Positions 22,901 through 30,542 of a DNA stretch of 64,000 nucleotides are shown here, in pieces. Origin of the DNA: a virus. Both the position numbers and the translations under genes were made by a program. Below the pieces are notes generated by a model, which was given only the letters and a program-made list of their open reading frames with translations, ran no database searches and was not told the DNA's origin. Within the stretch, counting starts at the first letter, position 1; each line of letters opens with the position of its first letter. The stretch is from positions 17,435-81,434 of IMG/VR virus record IMGVR_UViG_3300025151_000024. One strand, 5' to 3'.

Positions 22901-25900
22901 TAGTACCATCATCATCTAGTTCTATTTCGTAAAGGAAATCTCCAACTGAAAAATTAACTGAAGTGAGATAATCAAAACCAAAATCAGGGAATAATTCTAA
23001 CTCTTCGGGTAATAAACTAACTAGAGCAATACCCATTCCATCACTACCGTCATTATCTTCTACTACTCCTACAATACTTTGGATTTCACCAGTGGCTCTT
23101 TTTGGCTTAATACGGTCAGCGTGAGGGTTACTTTCAGGCCCAGCCTTGAATTCTACAGCGCTAACATATTGTCTAAGGCCGTAATCTACATTCCCACCTT
23201 GTGTTTGAGCACTAGCAGCGTCATAGTAAAAATTACTTCTATTTTCATATCCTACGCTCTTTGTGAAAGGTTCATGTCCAATTGGTGCTAATGTTTCTTT
23301 AGGGATAGAGCCGCTCATAAAAACGGGTAATCCTATATCATATTCCTCTCTAAAAGCGTCAGTAGCCCCCCATTTATAGTCAGGAATTCTAAGATATCCA
23401 TCTGTTGCTGGGTCATTGTCATACAAAGCCCAAGCGCCACTTCTTAGGAAGATTCTTCTAAATCTAGGAACGTTATCAATAGATTGGTACATATCAGTAT
23501 AGGCTGTACCCGCAGCAGCGGTATTTGCCGCAGGGAATTGCGTATGGTTAGTGACGTATAATTTTAGATAATTAGACAAAGAAGTATCAAACCTTTGAGT
23601 GATAATCGCATCATTTACAGATTCATCTTTAGAAATTGAATACGAATATGCTTCGTGTTTAGCCCTGTCAGAATTAAATCCAGCGCCCGGTCTTTTTCCA
23701 ACTGGAGAAGGATTCCAAGAATGTGCAGTGTAAGTGGCATCAATGTGGAATTTCAAAGAATTATCAGGACCGGGATGTGTATGTGTTAGAATGTTATCAA
23801 AAATTTGTTGTTCAAAAATAGGTATTTCCACCATAGCCCTTGTACTAGCATACTGCGTTCCTAATTGATAATCATGATTCACACTACTTCCTGACTGAAA
23901 CATTCTGTCGTTTACAGTCGTTCCATCTGCACTGAAAGAATCTGTACCAAAATGTGGGTCTGCACAAAGAACGAAAGAAACACTAGTTGCCGTTGAACTA
24001 AGCGTTACATTGGATGTTTTCCCAATACCTTTTAGCCAATTTTCAAAAGAAGAATAGACTTTTCCTACTGCATCTGTGTATTTTTGCACATTCACACTAG
24101 ACTCAAGTGTATGCGTGAAAGTTCTAGTTGCGGTGCTGCTTCCTGTAGCGGCATTATTCATAGTCAAAGTTGTAGCAGAATCAATAGACTCAATGATTGT
24201 ATTTGCTGGTATTTGAGAGCCGCTAACACTCATACCTACTACTAAATTAGTAGTATCAACACTAGTTAGAGATGTAGATGTATTAGTTGCTGACGATAAA
24301 CTGTAAGAATCTGTGAAAGTAAAACTAGTGCCGTTTTTAGAATCGTATAGGGCGTTACTTCCATCCTCAAGATACACTCTTCCAATTTTTGCAAACCCAT
24401 AAGTTCCCCAACTAGCCATATCTGTTGAGTTATTATTGATTGGAACTACATTCAAAGTTCCTACACTACTAGCATAAGAAACAGATTTGGTATTTACATG
24501 GAATGACCTTTGTGTAGAAAACGGATGCCTAGATAGAATACTAGGGTCATAGGTTGGGCGTATATCGCTACCACCTTGTCCAAGCCCACCAAGAGTTACT
24601 GTAACCACTGGTGCATTCGGCTCAATTTCCTTTACCACATGAGAATCAGGGCTTCCCTTACCTGTTTTTGAAACATTTTGGTTTACAATGTTTTGATTTG
24701 AACCGTAACAGGTGATTACTGTCTTCTTCACCCCATCGTCTTCTTTCTCATCAACAGAACTAATGCGAGCCTTAGACATCAAGAAATACAAAGAAACATT
24801 ATTTGTTTCGTCAATATCTTCTGCTAAACTTCTCAAACGATACAATTGATTAATTCTTTCTCGATTTGATGGTTGAATGTAAAATCGTAAATTTGCAGAG
24901 GCATTCCCCTCTATCGCTACATTATCTATAACGTCAAACATTTCATGGATTTGGGTATGGCTAGATGTTGTTCCTAAATCGAATTCACCATTAGAAGGAG
25001 AACTAATTACAGTAGAAGGCTCTCTTCTTGAATAAGTTGTTTTATCATTTAGATTTCTATTCTTAGGAGATACTCTTTCTAAGAGAATACGATGGAATAC
25101 GCTGTCATGGTCAGTAGTTGTAGTGTGACTTGCGGTAACTATCTGTGGGGGCGTATTAGGTTGAGCGGTAGCAACGGAAACTGGAGTATAGTTTGCAGGG
25201 GTAAAGGATTCATCTAATTCATCATCGGCTTCATAACCCTCACTTGTATCACCCACTAAATTATGCGATTTTCCTACAATTGATACCCCATCTGATGTTG
25301 GGTTGGCTGCGACATCAATGTACCCACCCGGTGAATAAAGTGTACAATTTGCTATATCTCCATTAATAATATCAAAAACAGTACTTCCCCCACCCACAGA
25401 AGTTATTCCGGCAGGAATTGTCTTTTCAACCATCAAATACGCATTTTCAGATTCATCCCCCATACTATCTCCATTCAAGTCAATAGCGTTATAGTAAACT
25501 AAAACGGTAGATGTAAAGCCTGTATAACTAGATAGTGCTGGGCAATTTAGTACTGCTATTCTAGATTCTTTACTTGGTCTAATATGGTAATCTCGTGTTT
25601 CGGTGTTTATCGCTCCAGCATAGGGAACTGGCCCTTTCAAAACAAAAGGTCTGTAATCAAAATCTGCTCCACCAATACCAATAAGTTCTCTACTACCTGT
25701 TGGTAATCCATTACTTACAATAGCAGCAATGGAAGAAGAATTATTGAAATCTGTAATTCTGTAAGAACTAATATTACGATAGACATCAATTCTAGAATTA
25801 GGTAAAATTTGATTTTCAATGCCGGGTTGTGTAGTATCATAATTAATCTCTACAATATCAGGGCTACCATCTATTTGTTGGATAACTAATTCTTCATTAG

Positions 25901-27398
25901 CCTCCGGTAACATTCGCATAAACTCATGACCAGTAACGTGATTTAGTGTATGCCTACCATTATGCCCTAATCTAAAACTATCATCAACTGAAGTAGGCCA
26001 CGTTACAGCGAAAGGATTGTTTGTATCGTCAACAGTATTAGCCATTCGACTAGAATAAACAATACCATGTTGCTCAAACGGCCCTTCATCTATCGTCATT
26101 TGACCTGTTCTATCTATCATTTGTGTAGCGTAATGGAGCGGCTGGTATGGATATCCTGAAGCCCCATCAATTAGTAAATCAGCACTAATAATTACGAAAT
26201 GATTGTCTACAGAAGTTCTTGAATGTAAAACTGGCCTCAAACCGTTCCCAAGAGATGAATTTGCAAAGTCTAGATGAATACTAGAAACCAGCATATACGG
26301 CGTGGTGTCAATATCATTTATCGAATGTAATCTAACTCTTTCAGGGGGTGAAGTGTTAAGGAGTTTAGTAGAATGGTCGTAAGCACCCGGATTTATTAAC
26401 AAATTAAACGGTACATGAGGGATACTTCTTGTGTTTGTTGTGCCCGGTGAAGTAACTGCATCTGCGACCTTGTAATCTCCACTAGAATAAGTGCTAGATG
26501 TGAAATCAATAGTCCCGCTAGAAACAGTCTTTCCAGTTAATTCACTAGCGAGAGTAGCGGCATCAGCGTTATTTGAAAACAAAATTTTCGTTAATCCACT
26601 CACGGTAGAAGTTGAAGAATTAAACTCGTAAACAGTTGTGAAGGGTGAAATCGGCTCTTCAAATCTATACAAAGCAACTGTGCCGGAATTTTTCAAAGGT
26701 GCACTCCTTTGCACCATCGAATCATCAAATTTTGTAGAAAGATGTAAAGATTCCATTATTCCTCTAAATTCACCACCTTTTCCACCGATATACATATGCT
26801 CTTCACTATGTTGAATATTGTAATCAGGGTTGATTTCTTTCCTAACAACTAACTCACCATTAATGTAAATAACAGCATCTTTAGGTCTAAGAGCGGCCAC
26901 AATATGAATTAGAGGTCTATGTTGAAGATTTAGAATAGAGCCAGTATCATAAGAAGAGTTGAATCTATTGTAAGGCTCGTGAGGCCCACCAAAATCAGGT
27001 GGAGGGTAAACCATACCATCATAACCGTTGGTTTCACTCTCCGCAGTTGAAAGTTTTACCACTTGTTTTCCATTTGGTCTTTCTAGATGAACTTGGAAAA
27101 CACAAGGACCGGGTGTATCTACTGTACCTATCTTTAAACTAAACTGGTTTTCTTTTTCGATTATAGTTCCACCACAATCCGGCATCACCCATGCTTCAAT
27201 CGTTAAACTACTATTGAATCTATTACTCAAAACTGTGGATGTTTGCGAACCTTTAGGGTTACTAGCAAGAAAAGTAGAGGCAGTATTTCCATCAGGTGTA
27301 GTATCACCTAATTTTGTATTTCTTCCTTGAGGAACAACTACGCTATCGCTCACTCCATCAAACAAAAGCCCATGAGAAGAAGTAGCGATAATCGGCAT
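10947..27398 (-). CDS. Giant (~5480 aa) virion structural/adhesion protein with N-terminal LamG/ConA-like domain
   Basis: Uninterrupted 16.4-kb ORF; LTIEAWVMP...HIVA...IYING...YIGG...FRG.M...VALYRF is a LamG pattern; start moved to MPIIAT after GGTGG. Confidence 0.8.
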   Translation of the reverse strand: MPIIATSSHGLLFDGVSDSVVVPQGRNTKLGDTTPDGNTASTFLASNPKGSQTSTVLSNRFNSSLTIEAWVMPDCGGTIIEKENQFSLKIGTVDTPGPCVFQVHLERPNGKQVVKLSTAESETNGYDGMVYPPPDFGGPHEPYNRFNSSYDTGSILNLQHRPLIHIVAALRPKDAVIYINGELVVRKEINPDYNIQHSEEHMYIGGKGGEFRGIMESLHLSTKFDDSMVQRSAPLKNSGTVALYRFEEPISPFTTVYEFNSSTSTVSGLTKILFSNNADAATLASELTGKTVSSGTIDFTSSTYSSGDYKVADAVTSPGTTNTRSIPHVPFNLLINPGAYDHSTKLLNTSPPERVRLHSINDIDTTPYMLVSSIHLDFANSSLGNGLRPVLHSRTSVDNHFVIISADLLIDGASGYPYQPLHYATQMIDRTGQMTIDEGPFEQHGIVYSSRMANTVDDTNNPFAVTWPTSVDDSFRLGHNGRHTLNHVTGHEFMRMLPEANEELVIQQIDGSPDIVEINYDTTQPGIENQILPNSRIDVYRNISSYRITDFNNSSSIAAIVSNGLPTGSRELIGIGGADFDYRPFVLKGPVPYAGAINTETRDYHIRPSKESRIAVLNCPALSSYTGFTSTVLVYYNAIDLNGDSMGDESENAYLMVEKTIPAGITSVGGGSTVFDIINGDIANCTLYSPGGYIDVAANPTSDGVSIVGKSHNLVGDTSEGYEADDELDESFTPANYTPVSVATAQPNTPPQIVTASHTTTTDHDSVFHRILLERVSPKNRNLNDKTTYSRREPSTVISSPSNGEFDLGTTSSHTQIHEMFDVIDNVAIEGNASANLRFYIQPSNRERINQLYRLRSLAEDIDETNNVSLYFLMSKARISSVDEKEDDGVKKTVITCYGSNQNIVNQNVSKTGKGSPDSHVVKEIEPNAPVVTVTLGGLGQGGSDIRPTYDPSILSRHPFSTQRSFHVNTKSVSYASSVGTLNVVPINNNSTDMASWGTYGFAKIGRVYLEDGSNALYDSKNGTSFTFTDSYSLSSATNTSTSLTSVDTTNLVVGMSVSGSQIPANTIIESIDSATTLTMNNAATGSSTATRTFTHTLESSVNVQKYTDAVGKVYSSFENWLKGIGKTSNVTLSSTATSVSFVLCADPHFGTDSFSADGTTVNDRMFQSGSSVNHDYQLGTQYASTRAMVEIPIFEQQIFDNILTHTHPGPDNSLKFHIDATYTAHSWNPSPVGKRPGAGFNSDRAKHEAYSYSISKDESVNDAIITQRFDTSLSNYLKLYVTNHTQFPAANTAAAGTAYTDMYQSIDNVPRFRRIFLRSGAWALYDNDPATDGYLRIPDYKWGATDAFREEYDIGLPVFMSGSIPKETLAPIGHEPFTKSVGYENRSNFYYDAASAQTQGGNVDYGLRQYVSAVEFKAGPESNPHADRIKPKRATGEIQSIVGVVEDNDGSDGMGIALVSLLPEELELFPDFGFDYLTSVNFSVGDFLYEIELDDDGTTRRLHYYGRIRTADSQNVAENTIALGFYNATGTTVPSWLAAGKQITLSRRSRAIINFNRTNISAIAADSILDEEYETYCAIATDWGINSTAGSTSVTITSTETTPLTSNTLGANLRVGDHVFATGGTQGYTALTPIGTISEISARDFSGSNDYTVTLTANAGATATGCQLYVSFSNAFVEDPDAILNRSWVYPYAAGGLRNGDTIWCNMTLNNPHAMEGLFSKSRGVLNENRVWKGFTGGTGTLSDEPRDSVPLENFLIGENCLETARNYVQHVNKTIEENYKALGLTAAEAPTIAYLDPYLAAEGHARVLLYDVGHDREFIAFQDIHMQVQSSAATAEIGWPRKFVKDGSLIDLAEYTATLTGGGPSWTTTQLDVANGFPSQNPYLRATQQSKFIESAYAHDIANRIGTDVLTPLSGSLPANLATSSAGATSPSIYGKAHGHHVHLGYSISGGDKNYAVGDSIQRRTSDETLLSVFATVKHEFSRIRSFESSFVVALKKLRVGTSNASLREPSTFFDTPDGTRVIPAFLSLKGVRNTTLDLSNHDESRLEHLPHWTQMDFVRRLTIDLGEVGESEGVTNIQSAANEVIRKINQAAAPKSSFQEGGSAHDPAPWWDENRAFASKDRGTHMGYIRAHIGREVQDTDGNKGFTIVIHSTVPGASGRNFCVWLDNSKGQSPYRPEFIVGHGGRWRSFWGQPDEIDGENMHPAPMPLDKNGRPFAPITTLHQLTNEENDIQTSVNSDFAPRDDNTSSPVLRAISNATGGSGFNSVNAESFESSKEQTFTEGLRTGTHAFARVNFGGLTQAGVPGWKPLAGNWGMGRTGDNSIARRYGNSSLTSYGSYVPASEISNEKIGDKQLYGIELENHKGQKSRIRFIYSQMGTPFENDNTKLPESIDEEVCVFFDDRGVGQGGFTLGHHMVGTGDATGRLTGFSSDTKKEYYGGLWNPVPAKNIALHMTTNSEYIHAPKKLVAVLSDPYDSTPTQDLTHTDLLGYLGFPKTNGRIQLTNTSGSGNTGLTLYYENRTQNDFNGPHEFYGITSELSSDTSFSNYLISPSLNWTTLVTDELLCAVTAAAINAVDVNEESGVSFDCREMLAADGRTFGEWGVKADSIRIRAFNPNRKIIPISEYFTAEVHQDYGIRAAHLEYGEIEKSLENSAEWAFGTSRAVTDANLDAGRRVDCGYIPMTLLQIKSKSFGPNSNSNSPTLIDSLNEPVNNTFIDTWRKNLNGDNFTKTSGDHILPAIDNPSLFYQGLNSSSNTLTHIYMATSGLNNSIWGFLAPACKDTGTVKSVSEVKTVSFWPGARVTVEGHQGANINSYRTVLTTLIPIAGTQSIELTQAFREGDIDNSSEGVISVKGDLDTTQQIDGIRSIGSVDSPLIVKFSGGRSSADHSVPVFFGGGFSGVVLDVNDGTMNDYSDFYTHPYASGPTGVAGIQNANEIVTSHAILDANAMMAFFPGTPLLNQHRGSLVPPAHNRDNILSPDLDSGAGTINSDHPNSVPYSTNNTVVQKPSPLVLRFAHPTARYEDHVNGTENKTTYIIFGPGQSFPFTQEIADSSSINYNTAQPHPGRVVTAGNGWTSVPEGTFLPNHIENDEGDYMPLSSTYHTARNRFHWRTQLNWETAAGKTIVGVLNQRPESGRMYGQMFVDGGSTANNDDTKRSMPLRHNSLLGFGIATGADMVFHMDGGYHPGGNWMDNQITFNPPHPKSDTILTTWGASSQLHPTAYRVAGPITTKVLDYAASEGALVSSDVDMEYIIVDATRCQNGNELATVLGAAINSFPGAGALKAIGGTHMPSMGNAMRQDRYGWVELDTFESYNNSSAPNYLDFSSSTITTKTALEQIPACGWLKADRSSSTTVPAWASYHSREVFEDSGTWKVRFYLAPNRVSNNAEFESYVTLANPSANPTIGGTDTNLYVWSKAGVHRFNNENASSRDHMCQTHFSGLVDAIDRTRPIGAVGWHGERYSYLNSLKIGTEGYSAGLGAWHSELAFSPYGISSGMLETLSHMPIVAPLARSPESLPPVDGIGSSLMTYINDPYDSSTGVTYTTNNLTYARKDTDDNAPDTLHSKPVHYDITSTLPADLAHPQGLFGHAFLVVASESEFALIAKKDRDGSIAVGDFLISKGVANNKLQYAGTTKWDERFHSQDRFIAPAHAGPNVEALIVDNTALPSYATDLGAYTFHTGSVTDLRLENANPDRAKTGDLITDLDFSLGSKNLESGITTERNVVPEFYTGTAYTSDSDYPDDFWKGDVHAFDLYKRTSALNFSTEHIVWKRMDGGNLSLPALNARGLGAVPWTTRVESDTAYTHGEKIYGNVRFSFETTNSAMFPLIQTQELQQPQLADKHREITGNVLVIPNEEIQFEEISVVDDSGETHIVEGGSPLGTVIRTFRVLDDRGVKGSSPSLANSGNKPALMVSLPDPETIPGNILVRSGFDPIMAHQNETFGSGGVLQANLDETELKHLFDSNDNGGELRLGPTYENLNWEHIDPVSNDSIKTGWVDATENAPLKTTYELHDRTLFFHVTKMGHSHTHRYPTTYTHSNGVENQVLTGSSWNSSTSVLTVNATINTRIYDADFGTKEVSDDRRFIRIYNPTTEESVVASYTGISGTTFTGVVGDVDFTDFIAAQTITDLKIVPSYYMPAGSARFYAAQRMRDHAEVSGASPDMAHTQYFTGVNSDTEAHTIYTKPVLTPMPYPRMGHHFVSATMPMLPGHWAHPAYQSVYRKHLAENSSVKGFRDRELFNEEKTPLSVSSDISSNVTDKMNPLEPEIFFSGMTATPSTPSDIHGGAFTLMFETSVKWDGYGVLGSRGNAGVINKAGGHTVVLEAAKKYSLQHHFPDPREVGAYQIVIQPNLFDSQIIGYHYYNSVQKLTSQQVHTVIGTEYVAAVGALVLYLDEATQADVRGCEVFINEIILDQEPDFGSQFNKIPPLSLFNPFGVEMSESPSFTRRAFPYSKMFSNATPSITLNIPWWSILHKVAPDDSSANGFRHLSQIKLDNYYEVSRSTFGNIGMQLTIAGYPSVYPDIYSHILQNTSLNPKATVVSSTGTTVTVDDASIFPETPYYGQKLEYVDSNGKRRTSDYTRRSGLQNGTVNVANQFTGVSATGFVSNIVDGETVIRLTRAYDTMPSVDIFTKIDKSIFATNLDRLKTGTKDTSNLHIPDAYLCMWHHNLGRPYTFYSDSTRTWNGDTNDRAIDKQSYNSMPEHFETFRYQDAIYGMSLGPFDLKIKTPNSTKDGSVTVANSTHSQAGQDQASNYIMLNRFWPCGSRGGPHSSRPDVFVQAAASWIVPRAYGSDDLYRWYDNTTIGAAYSRTNGITKAKITTGQSYRLPFGYRISLRQAINKPRWGLIPTRAALEDAISGVSATSVGFKAGPLVQIETRTWNEADGGGSKTYPTTYVGIMERLTNFAGQLGTDKYEVQVRRSDGRRMTRPFGSPVRTLRNNNKVERDWWGDEEGKGITRLVEASQYYMVDWWGNTRGEAVRRAPVRGFGIRPAWDCGDAYEYDRTNGRTPYQRVWNNGKPIFNLKNVVNSNGEVSVTTNFTIPRFGGRLNDDNTNLSTILVDVFAPTHALRIGDMGGGRGVRYPTAFNEDLLTEISAPIHTTGMVLSHNTAEPTFGEGLLRPRNDVLQADEIPRGISARLEIAEDGLLKPEAVVSDRVEEISGSSPHKDAVSRSSPRIGIDAETIEGTEKSHIVINTEAHSLHTDRNVGQRTVLHGAYSIGSQSLGYADYTNFSFNNTNGANAGVLKFSHTSNMRPLGGDYILEARNFAGLFDDTGWGVTSLTGSNKTTNPYQDTTTYTADTRRNNDTDKTIQFLVRPVRVLDKNHVEIFRSKFSALKQSDGDYFQGSAGGKYGLFVYNTPSGRTATTNLPDTRAIPNANGPYMPIIYMSTGNDAVPSSMGANLLGTEVTNFNKDTLFNTVCRLVITENTLLHHRSDAPRRKNSELIDYNIKPRFSQSLHPKGHKADVDFGTSDHTGDAA

Positions 27399-27400
27399 AT

Positions 27401-28579
27401 TCAGGCCACCCAATCCGCAGGTAAGAATACCATATTGAACCCATAAACCGACTCACCAGCATCGTGGGTGATATCTATTTTCTTCATTATACCTTGAATC
27501 CCGGTATATTCATCTCCGGTATCAAAAGTAACTCCGGCAGGTAATGTGTTTGCGTCACTAGATTTTCCAAAAGCACCTTTACCAAGACCAGTAGGCATGA
27601 AAAAATTTCTAGCAACATAAGTATCTCCACCAGCACTTATCGTGCTATTATAGGGAATTTGAATACCGCTAATAAAATCCCCATCAGATTCTCCAGTTAT
27701 TCCACTTACAAGAGAAAGCCCACCACTAGCGATTGCGGCCACTAATATGCCTAAACTTTGACCCACAGCATCTCCTAAAGAATCTATATCTGTACCGAAT
27801 TCACGAGTAGAGTTATTCATAATCCCGTAAATATCTGCTACTTTATCTCCTGCACTCTTTTTTGTTCCATCTACTCCACCTGAAAACGGCTCTATGTAAG
27901 AATCATTCCATGAATAATGCCTACTATTAACATCCCATTTTGGATAAGCAGTTTGATTCCCAAGCCTACCGGCTGTTTTTTGAGTTATCAAAACGGCAGT
28001 ACCAGTACGATTGGACTGTTCACTAGTTATAGTAGATGCTGTAAATTTTGCAGTAGCATCCGTATTTATCCAAGATGTTACAGCAGTAGCGAATTGAGCG
28101 TCAGTAATATTAGTACCACCAGTTGTTCTTACTACGATAGTATTAGCAGTTCCTGAATCATAACCAACACTAGCACCAGTAGTAAAAGCAAGCGAGTACA
28201 CCGTACCATCAGTAGACTTGAGTTTTAAACGATTAGAAGAGTCTGCTAATAAAGCAGTTATGTAAGTATTTGCAGCACCAGTTGTTTTTGCCCAATTTCT
28301 TCTATCTCCATTTGGTGTATAATAAGAAGAAAAATCAATTAGTGCTGTTGCTGCGGTAGCATCACTAGTTTTCCTGTCATCAGTAAAAACACCTTCAATA
28401 ACAATAATTGAGCGATTTTTGTTTAAATCAATAGCATATCTTCTACCCCCACTAACAGGGAGAGGAGTCACATCCACATCTCTATCAACAGTAAGGGCTA
28501 TCGAAGTGGCTTCTAATTCGATTAGTTCCTTGTTATCTTTTACAAGGCGAATTGGAGTGCCATTTGCTTCAGCCATCAC
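27401..28579 (-). CDS. Putative distal tail / baseplate protein
   Basis: Directly follows the tape-measure-like gene; beta-rich termini with a Thr/Ala-rich insertion. Confidence 0.5.
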   Translation of the reverse strand: MMAEANGTPIRLVKDNKELIELEATSIALTVDRDVDVTPLPVSGGRRYAIDLNKNRSIIVIEGVFTDDRKTSDATAATALIDFSSYYTPNGDRRNWAKTTGAANTYITALLADSSNRLKLKSTDGTVYSLAFTTGASVGYDSGTANTIVVRTTGGTNITDAQFATAVTSWINTDATAKFTASTITSEQSNRTGTAVLITQKTAGRLGNQTAYPKWDVNSRHYSWNDSYIEPFSGGVDGTKKSAGDKVADIYGIMNNSTREFGTDIDSLGDAVGQSLGILVAAIASGGLSLVSGITGESDGDFISGIQIPYNSTISAGGDTYVARNFFMPTGLGKGAFGKSSDANTLPAGVTFDTGDEYTGIQGIMKKIDITHDAGESVYGFNMVFLPADWVA

Positions 28580-29214
28580 AGATACCTCGTAGCCCTTTGT
28601 TGTGTCCCCGTCTTCCTATTGGCTTCTTCTGCGATTATATTCCCTACAGCCATTGCTGCTCTTCTTTCCATAAAACCACCATGAACATTCACAGTAACAT
28701 TAGTTTCTCCGGCTTTCCGATTAATAGCCTGTACAAGCCCACCTTCATTTTCAATAAGATATCTTAGCCCATCTAAAGTAGATTCTAAACCGGCTAAAGG
28801 GTTTCTTGCAGAACCGGCCATAGCAGCCAAATCTGTACCTAATTGGGCCGAGCCGTAACTAGCAGTAGGAGTAGGAGCAACATAGCCGGGAATATATGCA
28901 TTCGCTGGCTTTCTTGGCCCTGAACCACCTCCCGCTACATTCTTTGGGTCAAAAGATAGCGTAGGAGAAGCATAACCACCAGCCAAGGCGGAACTAACAG
29001 AACCTAATGCATCTTTACCTTTATCTTCTAGAGAAGAAAAGAAAGAATCTACTTGCGTTTTGAAATTTTCAAAGGCAACAAGCCCTGTTGAAAACGCACC
29101 CGCAAGTGCGCTACCAAGACCTCCAATCAAAGAAGAAATACTTGTTAAACCCGATGAAATAAGAGAAATAGATGAACTCACAGATGCTAAAGAGGAAATA
29201 ATTGGAAGTACCAT
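28576..29214 (-). CDS. Very short tape-measure-like protein (212 aa)
   Basis: Follows G/GT chaperones; Ser/Gly/Ala/Leu amphipathic N-half; C-terminal TNVTVNVHGG...AVGNIIAEE resembles tape-measure ends. Confidence 0.55.
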   Translation of the reverse strand: MVLPIISSLASVSSSISLISSGLTSISSLIGGLGSALAGAFSTGLVAFENFKTQVDSFFSSLEDKGKDALGSVSSALAGGYASPTLSFDPKNVAGGGSGPRKPANAYIPGYVAPTPTASYGSAQLGTDLAAMAGSARNPLAGLESTLDGLRYLIENEGGLVQAINRKAGETNVTVNVHGGFMERRAAMAVGNIIAEEANRKTGTQQRATRYL

Positions 29215-29492
29215 CAGAAGTCCTCCAATTCTAAGAATGTGTAATCAAGTGTCACGGTTTCGTTCCCCGTATTGCTTTGTGCAGAAGCCCGTTCTTGTTC
29301 TTTCCTATTTTTAGAATCAATAGCAAGCGCCCAAGAAAGCGATTGATTGAAAATTTCAGGAGACATTTGTGAGACCTCGGTTAATGATATGCCGTAATGT
29401 TTTGCGACTAAATAGGCGAACATTTGAGATTGCAGTTCTATATCTTCAGCAGTTTCTATACTGTTTTTCGATAAGAAAGTCTGCACTTTCAA
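29214..29492 (-). CDS. Tail assembly chaperone T-like segment (probably expressed as a GT fusion)
   Basis: YLVAKHYGISLTEVSQMS resembles gpT; in -1 frame overlapping the upstream stop, TTG start with no clear RBS. Confidence 0.6.
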   Translation of the reverse strand: MKVQTFLSKNSIETAEDIELQSQMFAYLVAKHYGISLTEVSQMSPEIFNQSLSWALAIDSKNRKEQERASAQSNTGNETVTLDYTFLELEDF

Positions 29493-29807
29493 TTGCTCGC
29501 TTTCGTAAACCCCCCTTGCATCATCTGTGCTATTTCATCGGGATTAGGTAAAACTGCGCTTATTTGCTCGCCTACATATGCTGAAAGATTGAGCAACTCG
29601 TCAGGAGAAAGTTGTGGATTTGTGCGTGTAACCCAGTTACTGAAAGCGTAACGCCAATACGCCTGTAAATCAAGCGTAACATCACCTTTTGTTACAATAA
29701 ACATCTCTTGTGCTGCTTTCTGTACATCGAAAAACGACATACCTCTCACCCATATTTCCATGACCTGTTCAGGGTCATCAGGGTCTACTTGTATTTCGTA
29801 TCGTCTT

Positions 29808-30533
<726 letters not shown>

Positions 30534-30542
30534 CTTCTCACC

